The translations under genes were made by a program, and so were the position numbers. A stretch of 64,000 nucleotides of DNA from Leucoraja erinacea (lineage: Eukaryota), in contig NW_026576151.1 of assembly GCF_028641065.1 (NCBI RefSeq), positions 62,001 through 126,000 of the forward strand. Reading direction: 5' to 3'. The notes below the pieces were generated by a model that was not told the DNA's origin, did no database searches, and saw only the letters and a program-made list of their open reading frames with translations. Shown piece after piece: positions 51,281 through 62,819 of the stretch. Position 1 is the stretch's first letter. Each line of letters begins with the position of its first letter.

Positions 51281-51462
51281 TATTGTCTGATCAGCTGGAC
51301 TTTAAATTACTCCCTTTAGTCAGATGTGGACGTTCCCATCAACAACTGCTCCCAGTTAACTCTCCCTACCTCTTACCTAATAATGTTGTAATTTGCCCTC
51401 CTCCAATCTAGTACTTTGCCTCAAGTCCAGAGTTATCCTTATTCATAACTATATTAAAACAG

Positions 51463-52272
51463 AAGATGTGGCCGGTAGTGGGATCCTGTTGGAGGTGGCC
51501 AAAGTGTTGGAGGATTAAATGCTCAACACTTTCACCACCTCCAATGGGATCCCACAACTGGCCACATCTTCCCTTCTCCACCCCTTTGTGTTTTCCGCAG
51601 TGACCGCTTGCCGCAACTCCCTGGTCAACTCGTCCCTACCCACCCAAATCACCGCCTCCCCAGGTACATTCCCCTGCAACCGCAGGAGATGCAACATCTG
51701 TTCCTTTACCTACCCCCCTTGACTATCCAAGGACACTGGCAGTCTTTCCAGGTGAGGCAGAGGTTCACTTACACCTCCTCCAACCTCATCTACTGCATCC
51801 GCTGTTCCAGGTGTCAACTTCTCTACATCGGCGAGACCAAACGCAGGCTCGGTAATCGGCAATCGTTCCGCCTTAACCAACCTGATCTCCTGGTGGCTCA
51901 GCACTTCAAGTCCCTCTCCCATTCCCAATCTGACCTTTCTGTCCTGAGCCTCCTCCATTGTCAGAGTGAGGCCCAGCGCAAATTGGAGGAACACCACCTC
52001 ATATTTCGCTTGGGTAGTTTACACCCCAGCGGTATGAAGATTGACTTCTCTAATTTCAAATAGCCCTTGCTTTCCCTCTCTCTCCATCCCTTCCCCCTTC
52101 CCAGTTCTCCCACCAGTCTTACTGTCTCCACTACATTCAATCTCTGTCCCGCCCCCTCCCCTGGCATGTGTGAAAAAGCGTCTCGGCCTGAAATGTCACA
52201 CATTCCTTCTCTCCAGAGATGCTGCCTGTCCCGCTGAGTTACTCCAGCTTTTTGTGTCTGCTTGCAGTTCCC
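51463..52272 (+). mobile_element. Penelope-like element 3' fragment (GIY-YIG) with an inverted 5' segment
   Basis: FQVRQRFTYTSSNLIYCIRCSRCQLLYIGETKRRLG...EEHHLIFRLGSLHPSGMKIDFSNFK*, then a pseudo-LTR. Confidence 0.85.
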
Positions 52273-53069
52273 TGTTTCTTCATATTAGTTAGAGTTGCCT
52301 CTGGTGCTCTGTGAGAAGGGCAGCAGAATGCAAGCTTTATCCTGCATTTATCCATTGTTGGATTGGCATAATTGCTTGATGCTTGCAAAGGCCAAATCAA
52401 GATTGCTCCAATAACTGTAAGGCTGACACAAATCAATTTAATCTGCAAATTAATTTGTTTTAATTTGCAAATTGTTTATTATTGGCCTGTATTAAAATCT
52501 CGTAGCAATGAACAATCCGTCTGAAGAAATGTCATGACTCAAAACGTCACCTAGTCCTTTTCTCCCAAGATGCTGTCTAACCCACTGAGTTACTCCAGCT
52601 CTTTGTGTCTATTTTTGGTTTAAAGCAGCATCTGCAATTCCTCCCTACACAAACAATGTTTTGTCCATTTTTACTGAAATTATCCAATAAAGATAACATT
52701 ATATTGCAAGTACTTGATGAGAAGGCAGGAGGATAACTGCAGTATCTTCCTGTTATATTGTAAATGCCTTGTTGTACGATGGCACTTCACAGCCCTGTTA
52801 TACTTGTTTGTGTGTTCCAACATAAGTGCTTGATATTCAGAATAATACCAGGAATTTTGTTTAAAATTTATTCCAGCAATGTTCATTGAGAAATTTTTGT
52901 TATGATATTTTCTCCTACCTTTCACATTTTCAGACTAATATGCCTCAATACCAAAGAGACATTAATAAACCTTTAGGTAGTCAAAAATGCTGGAGAAACT
53001 CAGCGGATGAGGCAGCATCTATGGAGCGAAAGAATAGATGAAGTTTCGGGTCGAGACCCTTCTTCAGAC

Positions 53070-54506
53070 CAGGCACGTGCCGTCAGGGTGGGCAAGGTAG
53101 GCACTGCCTACCCTGACTAAAATTATGAAATGGTAATTACTAAATATAAATAGTAAAGGCATGGGAGAATCATGCGTATCTAAGAGATCGATCTCTTAAG
53201 TAGGCATAATTCTCCGTGCCTTTCATCGTCAGCACTTGCAACACGCAAAGTTCTGTGCAGCCCACGTGCCATCAGCGCTGCTTCAAGCCGTCAATGACAA
53301 GCGGGGCTGAAGGCAGCTGAAATTCTGCCTTTGCTGTACTGCGCAGGCATGGCATCCTACTGCGTATGTGCAGCGCTAGTTTCTTGGCGGGTTTTTCAAA
53401 TATGGATTGTTATTATCTGAAGAGTATCTTAGGAAACAAAGAGAGAAGAATGTTCATGTACCAATAATGTGGCAAGTACATTTCTTGGTGCTATTTGTTT
53501 TTCAATACCGTATTTTCCGGGGTGGGGGGGAGAGTTCCTTTCACAGCGTTTGGGGAGTCTGGCCTGGGGTAAAGTTGCGGGGAGGGTAGGAGCGTTGTGA
53601 AGGAGGGGATCTGGATCATGCCAATAACCCACTTGCGACGCTCGTTGCACGGAGGCGGGGGGAAGGGAGAAGTAGCTCGGGTGGTTGTGATCGGCCGCCG
53701 GGCTGCACAGTGGAACCAGACACCACCTCAGCGCCTTCTGCCGGCCCCCGCTCACTTCTGGCAGTTTTCCGTCTAAAAAACTCCCACCTGCCGCTCGCTT
53801 GCCTCACTCATGTCAGCCGCTTCCCGCAAATCCTTAAATTACGACAGCGCGATTGAGTTTACTCGGCTGTGGGAATTTAAGGATTTGCGGGAAGCGGCTG
53901 ACATGAGCGAAGTTGGCGAGCGGCAGGTGAGAGGTGTTCAGACGGATAGCACTGCCAGAGGTGAGCAGGCCGGCATAAGGTGCTGAAGTGGTGGCCCGTT
54001 CTGCTGTCGGGTCATGGCAGCCGCTTGCTGCTACCCGAGATGCTTTTATCCCCGGCCACAATGCGGTGGCTCCGCGCCTGGAGCGCCGTGGCAGCCGTGA
54101 GTGAGTGAGTTACTGGCATTATCCCCGACCCCCTCCTTCTCAACACTCCTGCCCTCCCCGCAACTTTACCCCTGGCACAGACTCTCCACATGCTGTGAAA
54201 GGAATTCTCCCCCCAATTGGTCCCTTGAACAAGTGTTGTCATTCAATAACATGACAACTGATTCAACTTTTCCCTGTACTCCCATTTTTTCCCACCATCT
54301 CTCCACCTGCCATCACCCTCCACCCCCCACCCATTCAGTAATTCAGAATAAAGGAGACTTGGAAGTTGTGGGCAAATTGAATTGTTACTCTCTTTATTTT
54401 TATATTTTATTTTTACGGAGAGACCAATCAACGCATGCGCGGTTTAAGGTTTTTTTAAATGCCGACTAACTGCCTACCTTGAGTAATTACTCACAGCATG
54501 TGCCTG
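53070..54506. mobile_element. Non-autonomous hAT-like transposon with 8-bp TSD and an internal long inverted repeat
   Basis: TIR CAGGCACGTGC / GCATGTGCCTG; TSD CTTCAGAC at 53062-53069 and 54507-54514. Confidence 0.85.
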
Positions 54507-54944
54507 CTTCAGACCCTTATTCCTTCACTCCGTAGATGCTGCCTCACCCGCTGAGTTTCTCCAGCATTTTTGTCCACCTTCGATTTTTCCAACATAAAGC
54601 CTTAAATAATTTGCTTATATTATTTTCTATACTTTTCTATATATTTTCTTATTTTCTTAGAGAATTAAAATATGGAAGGACGTGACCAGAGTTTATTTAT
54701 TTGTTACACAATGTGAGTTATTTTACCATGACTTAAATTATTTATTGCTCCTTCTTACAGCTGATACGTTAATTTGTAAATCTCATTCATTGAATTCATG
54801 ATTCCAAATTCCTTCAAGTTTTCAGTGATTCTGGTTCAAGGTTTGCAAAAAGAACCAGCCTTGAATATTTGAGCTTCTTCAGGAATTCCACTTTATCCAA
54901 ATGTACCAAGTCCTGTTCAACCATTGAGTTTGGTACCACCACCA

Positions 54945-55658
54945 GGGGTGCCGGGGAGATGGCCAGCCCTGCCGGCAGTCTGTTCATTTATTTCCATTAT
55001 TTTTAGTGTTTGTTAAAAGTTTGATTTAATGTACTTCAGTTTGTTTTATGTGGGAGGAAGGGGGGGGTGGTCGGGGGAAACTTTTTTTCAGGTTCTTACC
55101 TTCCCGGAGATGTGATCATTTTTCGGATCACATTGTCCGGGCTCTGCGGCCTACCATCGCTGGAGCTGGAAGCCGCCTCGGTCTGTCGCGAGCCCCACCG
55201 CGGGGCGCGAACTTACCATCGGAGCGGATATCTTCCCTGGGACCGCTCCCACCATGGCCTGCGGACTTACCATCAAGGGCTCGTCGTCTCGGTAGAGGCA
55301 AGTCGGGAGCTTCAACGCCGCAGAAGGCTTGACAGCCCCGACGCGAGGTTTGATCGCCCGGCGCGGGGGAGCTCACAACCCCCCGATGCGGGAGCTGAAT
55401 GCCTCAACGCGGAGGGCCTGAACACAAGGGAAGGTCTTGAACTTTATTTCGCCTTCCATCACAATGAGGAATGTGTAGGAGTCACTGTGGTGGATGTTCA
55501 TGTTAAAATGTGCTTTTGAGTCTGTTGCTTTTAATTGTATGACTGACCTGGCCAGTGAAATTCCTCGTATGTTGCAAAACATACTTGGCGAATAATCTGA
55601 TTCTGATTCTAATTCTGATTCTGATTCTGATTCTAATTCTGATTCTAATTCTGATTCT
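54945..55658 (+). mobile_element. GC-rich non-autonomous retroposon, (TCTGAT)n tail
   Basis: Shares the subterminal GCCTTCCATCAC...GTGGTGGATGTT...GTATGACTG block with the 11181 family. Confidence 0.7.
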
Positions 55659-56361
55659 ACTGACATAAAATAGCTTCTACACAGCTTGGCCCAACAATAA
55701 CAAACCTGTCCTTGCTTTACAATGTATTCCTTTGTCCTCCTGGGCCGTGTAACTGATTTTTGTCCACTATACCTCGAGGATATTTGACCTCCTCCAATAC
55801 TGTTTTCTTTAGCACCTAGATTTTTGCCATGCTGACATTGGCATCTGTCTACATCTTAGTTTTGAGATTTTGCTCCCTATACCTCGTGACCTCCATTTCT
55901 TTCTATTCTCTTAAACTGTTTTATAAGCGTTTGCCAAAGTTTTGGTCAACTGACCTAATATATTGTCATAAGGACACAAAGTGCTGGGGTAATTCAATGA
56001 TCCAGGCTCTGGAGAACATGGAGAGATGATGTTTTGGTCCTTTTGTGCAGTGACCAGCATCTGCAGTTGCTTGTTTCTGCAATATATTATCATGTGGTTT
56101 AGTACCAGATTCCATTTGATAACACTGCTGTGAGCTGTGTTGAAACTTTTTAATAATTTGAAAGTGCCACATAAATTCTGGTTGTTTTTGTTAAGGAATA
56201 AAGCAATCTGGAGTTAAAGTCCATGTAATCAGACCTATCCCGAGCGCATGCAGGTTTAGCCGAGTTACTTGTCAGTCCTGACCAAGAAGGTGGGCTCATG
56301 AGTGCAAGGGTCCCAACCTGAAATGTCGCCCATCCATGTTATCCAGAGATGCTGCCAAACC

Positions 56362-58892
56362 CAATAGACAATAGACAATAGACAATAGACAATAGACAAT
56401 AGACAATAGGTGCACGAGTAGGCCATTCGGCCCTTCGAGCCAGCCGAATCTCCAATCTCCATTCAATGTGATCATGGCTGATCATCCACAATCAGTACCC
56501 CATTCCTGCCTTCTCCCCATATCCCCTGACTCCGCTACCTTTAAGAGCCCTATCTAACTCTCTCTTGAAAGTATCTAGAGAACCGGCCTCCACCGCCCTC
56601 TGAGGCAGAGAATTCCACAGACTCACAACTCTCTGTGTGTAAAAGTGTTTTCTCATCTCAGTTCTAAATGGCTTACTCCTTATTCTTAAACTGTGGCTCC
56701 TGGTTCTGGTCTCCCCCAACATCGGGAACATGTTTCCTGCCTCTAGCGTGTCCAAGCCCTTAACAATCTTATATGTTTCATTAAGATCCCCTCTCATCCT
56801 TCTAAACTCCAGAGTATACAAGCCCAGCCACTCCATTCTCTCAGCATATAACAGTCCCGCCATCCCGGGAATTAACCTTGTAAACCTACGCTGCACTTCC
56901 TCAATAGCAAGAATGTCCTTCCTCAAATTAGGGGACCAAAACGACACACAATACTCGGGGTGTGGTCTCACGAGGGCCCTATACAACTGCAGAAGGAGCT
57001 CTTTGCTCGTATACATAACTCCTCTTGTTATGAAGGCCAACATGCCATTTGCTTTCTTCACTGCCTGCCTGCTGTACCTGCATGCTTACTTTCATTGACT
57101 GATGAACAAGGACCCCCCAGATCCCGTTGTACTACCACTTTTCCCAACTTGACACCATTTATATAATAATCTACCTTCCTGTTTTTGCTACCAAAGTGGA
57201 TAACCTTACATTTATCCACATTAAACTGCATCTGCCATGCATCTGCTCACTCACCCAACCTGTCCACCCTGCATTCTCATTGCATCCTCCTCACAATTCA
57301 CATTGTCACCCAGCTTTGTGTCATCTGAAAATTAGCTAATGTTACTTTGAATCCCTTCATCTAAATCATTGATGTATATTGTAAATAGCTGCGGTCCCAG
57401 CACCGAGCCTTCTGGTACCCCACGAGTCACTGCCCGCCTTTCTGAAAGTGACCCGTTAATCCCTGCTTTTTGCTTCCTGTCTGCCAACCAATGTTCTATC
57501 CATGTCAGCACTCTACCTCCAATACCATGTGCCCTAATCTCCTATGTGGGACCTTGTCAAATGCTTTCTGAAAGTCCAGGTACACTACATCCACTGGCTC
57601 TCCCTTGTCCATTTTCCTAGTTGAATCCTCAAAAAATTCCAGAAGATTAGTCAAGCATGATTTCCCCTTTGTAAATCCATGCTGACTTGGACCGATCCTG
57701 TGACTGCTGTCCAAATTTGTGGCTATCTCATCTTTTTTTGATTGACTCCAGCATCTTCCCCACCACCAATGTCAGGCTAACTGGTCTATAATTCCGTTTT
57801 CTCACTCCCGCCTTTCCTAAAAAGTGGGATAACATTAGCTAATCTCCAATCTACAGGAACTGATCCTGAATCTATTGAACATTGGAAAAGGAACACCAAT
57901 GCGTCCACAATTTCTAGAGCCACTTCCTTCAGTACTGGGATGCAGACCATCAGGCCCTGGGGATTTATCAGCCTTCAGTCCCATCAGACTACCCAACACC
58001 ATTTCCTGACTAATGTGGATTTCCTTCAGTTCCTCCGTCACCCCAGATCCTCTGGCCACTAGTTCATCAGAAAGATAGTTTGTGTGTCCTCCTTATTGAA
58101 GACAGATCCAAAGCACCTGTTCAACATCTGCCATTTCCTTGTCCCCATAATAAATCCACCTTTTTCAGTCTTCAAGGATCCAACTTTCATCTTAACTATT
58201 TTTTCCTCTTCACATACCTAAAGAAGCTTTCACTATCCTCCTTTATATTTTTGGCCAGCTTACCTTCGTACCTCATCTTTTCGCCCCGTATTGCCTTTTT
58301 AGTTATCTTCTGTTGCTCTTTAAACATTATCCAATCTTCTTGCTTCCCGCTCATCTTTGCTACGTTGTAACTCTTCTCTTTTATTTTTATACTGTCACAG
58401 ATGTCCCTTGTCAGCCATGGTTGCCCCTTACTCCCCTTGGAATCTTTCTTCCGCTTTGGAATGAACTGATCCTGCATCTTCTGTATTATTCCTAGAAATA
58501 CCTGCCATTGTTGTTCCACTGTCATCCCTGCTAGGGTATCTTTCCAGTCAACTTCGGCCAGCTCATCCCGCATGGCTCCATAATCCCCTTTATTCAACTG
58601 TAAAACTGACACCTCCGATCTGCCCTTCTCTCTCTCCAACTGTAGATTAAATCTGACCATGTTATGGTCACTACCTCCTAATGGCTCCTTAACCTCAAGT
58701 TCCTTTATCAAATCCAGTTCATTACATAACACTAAATCCAGAATTGCCTTCTTCCTGGTAGGCTCCAATACAAGCTGCTCTAAGAATCCATCACAGAGGC
58801 ACTCCACAAACTCCCTTTCTTGGGGTCCAGTACCAACCTGAATTTCCCAGTCTACCTGCATGTTGAAATCCCCCATAACAACCGTAGCATTA
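56362..58892 (-). mobile_element. Long CR1 LINE fragment (endonuclease C-terminus through RT to the 3' tail)
   Basis: VMGDFN, LDLVL, GGSDHN, KSPGPDGLHP, QHGFTKGKSCLTNLLEFFE, YLDFQKAFDKVPH, LVRPH.EYC; (ATAGACA)n tail at 56362-56408. Confidence 0.92.
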
Positions 58893-58957
58893 CTCACTGA
58901 GTTAACTATGTATTTTGTGACTACCTATATTATAGGTAACAATGAACACAATGAAGT

Positions 58958-59276
58958 GCGGCACGGGGGCGTAGCGGTAGATTTGCTGCTTTACAGTGCC
59001 AGAGTCCCGGGTTCGATCCCGACTACAGGTGCTGTCTGCATGGAGTTTGTACATTGTCCCCGTGACCTGCGTGGGTTTTCTCCGAGATCTTCGGTTTCCT
59101 CTCACACACCAAGGACGTAAAGATTTACAGGTTCATTGGTTTGGTACAAATGTAAATTGTCCCTAATGTGCGTAGGATAGTGTTAATGTGCAAGGATCAC
59201 TGGTCGGTGCTGACTCGGTGGGCTGACGGGCCTGTTTCTGCGCTGTATCTCTAAACTAAACTAAACTAAACTAAAC
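58958..59276 (+). mobile_element. tRNA-derived SINE (HE1/V-SINE-like)
   Basis: A and B boxes, central domain and (TAAAC)n tail. Confidence 0.85.
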
Positions 59277-59360
59277 AACACATGGTGACATTATGAGAGA
59301 CCATCTATCTTTAGACTTTCAATAAATTTGCGGATGTAAACAGTGTTGAAGTAGAGATGT

Positions 59361-59366
59361 TTTATT
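59361..59366 (-). terminator. Polyadenylation signal of crystallin D
   Basis: AATAAA on the minus strand about 50 nt after the TAA stop. Confidence 0.75.
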
Positions 59367-59415
59367 GTGGCGATAAATATTTTAACAAGATAAATTTGTG
59401 CCATGCAATAACAGA

Positions 59416-61356
59416 TTAGAAGTCCCTCATGCGCCTGAAAGACCCGATGGTGGAGTTGTATCCGCCCCAGTCATTGTATTTCCTGTACTCCCCAGGTCTC
59501 ATGAAGTACTGTCGGCCTCTGTAGTTGGGTTGTTCATAGAAGATCCAGTGACCATCCATCACGTTGCAGGAGTGAATGTCACGGTTACGGAAGCGATCGT
59601 AGACGGAGGGACAGTCGTCCATGAATTCCATCATCTGTCCTCCAAAGTCAGGCCTCTCGTAAATCTTCATCCTGTAGTTTCCACCTCGTTGCTGGAAAAT
59701 AAATATGATTGTAATTGGGGTGAAACACAAATGCACATTTGGTCCAAGATGAGAAAATAGCCAAATAAGGAGGGGAATATTCCAGAGACTAGTTGAAGTC
59801 TAAAAAACGAGATAAAGTGAGATGATCTGCTGGACAGGGTGACAATGTCAGGTTTGGCAATAATGAAATGCTGCTCTACAAAGTTATTTGTAGTTATATT
59901 TTGAATATTCATTTAGTATGTGGAGGTAAAGTGGGAAGTGTCATGTAGGAGTATAACCAAAAATGAGATTAAAGATGAAACTATTTATCAGTTAAACTCT
60001 TTAATTGAATTTTAGGCTTGTTTCCAGTGTTCACTGCCACGTAATCTTATTTTTCAAAGAGTGAAATATGTGAAACAATAAAAAGAGAAAAAACATCAAA
60101 AATTCACAAATATATTTGACGTAAAGGTCTGATTAAGAGGTGCCCTTGCAGGATTAGTTAATGCAGTATAGTATATCCTGTACATTTATAAAATAAGAAT
60201 TAACATTTTAATTTTTAATAAATTTATCAGCAATATCTAATTAATGTTTCCACCAATAATCATTGTGACTCATGCAATCATCTAATGTAGCCAGCAGAAG
60301 GCACACACTTTATTATCTCTCCAAACAAGCTATAGATCATATTGGGATTTAAAACTCTCTTTGTGTGAAGTATCAGTCAGTATCACGTTACAACCGTTAC
60401 ATAAACAAGCACAGTTTGAAGGACCAACAGTGAAAAATTCATGTTCATATGTTCATAAGTGCTAGGAGCAGAATTAGGCCATTTAGCCCATCAAGTCTAC
60501 TCCGCTATTCACCGATGCCTGATCTACAGTATCTCTCCCTCTCAACCCCATTTTCCTGCCTTCACCCCATATCCCGTGAAGCCCTTACTAATCAAGGATC
60601 TGACAGTCTCCGCTTTCAAAATATCCATTGACTTGGCTTCCACAGCCTACTGTGGCAATTAATGTCACAGATTCACCACCCACTGACGAAATAAATTCGT
60701 TCCCATCTTCTATCGAAAGGGGCTTCCTTTAGTTTTGAGGCTATGACCACTAGTCCGAGACTCTTCCATTAGTGGAAACATCCTCTCCACATCCACTCTA
60801 TCCAATGTAAATTTCAATGAGGGTTCGCCCTCATCCTTCTAAACACCAGCAAATACAAGTCTAGTGCCTTCAAATACTCAACATTTATTAATCCAAACAT
60901 GAAAGAAATGACAGCTGAAGGATTACTATTGAGGAACTCAATCTACAAACACAATGATCAGCACCTGGTACTGATGTGTATGGAATATATCACATCAAAT
61001 TATCACTCACATGTGGGTAGCTGCGACAGGACCTGATGTTGTCGTTGAATCCCATCCAGCGCTGGTAGTCAGGATACTCTCCCCTGTTCAGGACATACTG
61101 GTACCCCATGTAGTTTGGTTTCTCGTACGCCACCCACCAGTCACTCTCCACACGGATGGAGTTACAGCGGCTGAAGTAAGGGGACAGGTCGGCACAGTCG
61201 GTGCTGCACTCATAGTGCCGACCCTGGAAGTTCCTGTCCTCGTAGAAAATGACCTGTGTGGAGAGAAAAATAAATGCCTGTAAGTTAACAGTTCATCCCA
61301 GGAGATTTGCAATGCAATAGAATGCAAAAACACTGAGCTCTCCTTGCCTTTCCCAT
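59416..61356 (-). CDS. Gamma-crystallin gene D (gamma-S1-like), 175 aa: join(61348..61356, 61011..61253, 59416..59691)
   Basis: ATGGGAAAG|GCAAGG (GC donor); exon 2 [27 protein letters not shown]...[11 protein letters not shown]|GTGAGT; exon 3 CAG|[57 protein letters not shown]...SFRRMRDF*. Confidence 0.95.
60445..60870 (-). mobile_element. Old CR1 3' fragment in intron 2 of crystallin D
   Basis: Reverse complement resembles [23 protein letters not shown]...VVNL. Confidence 0.65.
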
Positions 61357-61415
61357 TTTGAGTCCAGTGAGGTTAGAAACTGACTGAATGTTTCACTGCC
61401 TCATGTCGCTTGGTA

Positions 61416-61495
61416 TTTATACAGTGTGCATAATAATGACAGCAATGGGCTATTCTTTTGTCATGACAATGAATCACTACTGAAAATCAGCGGAA
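61416..61495 (-). promoter_or_regulatory. Proximal promoter of crystallin D: TATA box, Sox-like site, degenerate Maf half-site
   Basis: TATAAA 61416-61421; GACAAAAG 61455-61462; CGCTGA 61487-61492, at the same spacing as in the paralogs. Confidence 0.55.
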
Positions 61496-61764
61496 AAATA
61501 ACCGCACACTGTGCACAGTGATGGAAGAGAAACATTCGAAAGGCACCTGATGTGTCATTGATTCTTCCAATTGTGTTTTCATGTTTCATTTGTAATCTGA
61601 ACAAAAGAGTTCTGGAGCATTCACTGCTCCGAATCCTGCAGGTCTGTTTCATACGATTTGATGAATCATATTGTGGTAGAATGCTCAATTCTACATTATG
61701 TCAAACATAACTGTAGCCGAGTATTTTATTCATTAATTTATACGCGACAAGTTGTGTGTAATAG

Positions 61765-62804
61765 TAGCAATGTTACAAAATTTTGAGATTTAAAAAATCA
61801 AGTCTGCAATTTATCCCATCAGATAAAGCATAACAATAAGTTTAATTTGACACCTAATTCACTTTCATATCTCAAGTAATAAAACAGTTATAGCCATTTT
61901 CATACCCGGAAATTAGCATCTTGTTCCCTATTGATTTTCTATGGACATAACAAAAAAGCTGTGATCGAGGACAGTCAAAAGCCCATAACCTTCTTAAAAA
62001 TTAAGAGAACTGAATGAAATTTTCAGTTATCATAGATTGAACCATTCTGAAACAAATATAAAATAATCTTACTTGGAGGACCTGAAATTAAAGCATATAA
62101 TTAGTTAGTTACCCAATTGTAGCTAATTTCAAACTTCAATTACTAGATCTAAACATCTATCCATTTCTTAATAAATGATTAACATTTTTAAATAGCCTAA
62201 GTGTCCAAATAACATTCACAAATAATTCACAATAAAACATGATTTTTAAATCTCATTTACATCAATTTATAGTCCAAATGGAAGGAATTTAGTGTTCTAA
62301 TTGCTGTAAATTAAAGTCAATTTAAATCAGCTTTCTAGTGGGTTCCTGTGAACGCGCTGGTTTAGAACGTTCACATTGTGCTGGATTTGTGCCCCCAAAT
62401 GCCCAGAAAAATACTGCGGGATATAAAGAGCCCAAAATGAACTACTCGCTATAGAAAACTTTATTTATAGAGTTATATACAAGCTCCATTTAATGTAAAA
62501 ATAAGGTACATACCTTTAATTGTTTGCTTTATAAAACCCTGGGGCTGCGAGAGGTTGCTGGTTGAGAGAGTGATTTTTAAACTACTATAACCATTATACA
62601 AGGCCATAAAAACTAATAATACCTTTTGCGACGGGGTCTTTCAGCGATTTTCCGTTAATGATTTACTAGGCTGAACATTTTCGATTGCAACAGCTTAGTG
62701 AAAATCGCGTTTTAAACCCGCCCTCTCAAAACAGCGCCAAAATCACACACACGGGGTAGGGCAGATGCTCAGCCACGATTCAGGTAGGTTTTGTAACATA
62801 CCTA
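61765..62804. mobile_element. Non-autonomous DNA transposon about 350 bp upstream of the crystallin D TATA box
   Basis: TIRs TAGCAATGTTACAAAA ... TTTTGTAACATACCTA, flanked by a GTAATAG(T) direct repeat (7-8 bp). Confidence 0.8.
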
Positions 62805-62819
62805 GTAATAGTAAGATTA

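Noticed and set aside
59416-59736. 106-aa ORF as a stand-alone single-domain crystallin
   Set aside because: Its N-terminal part is intron sequence. The real exon starts at the AG acceptor before 59691 and is the same length as exon 3 in the paralogs.
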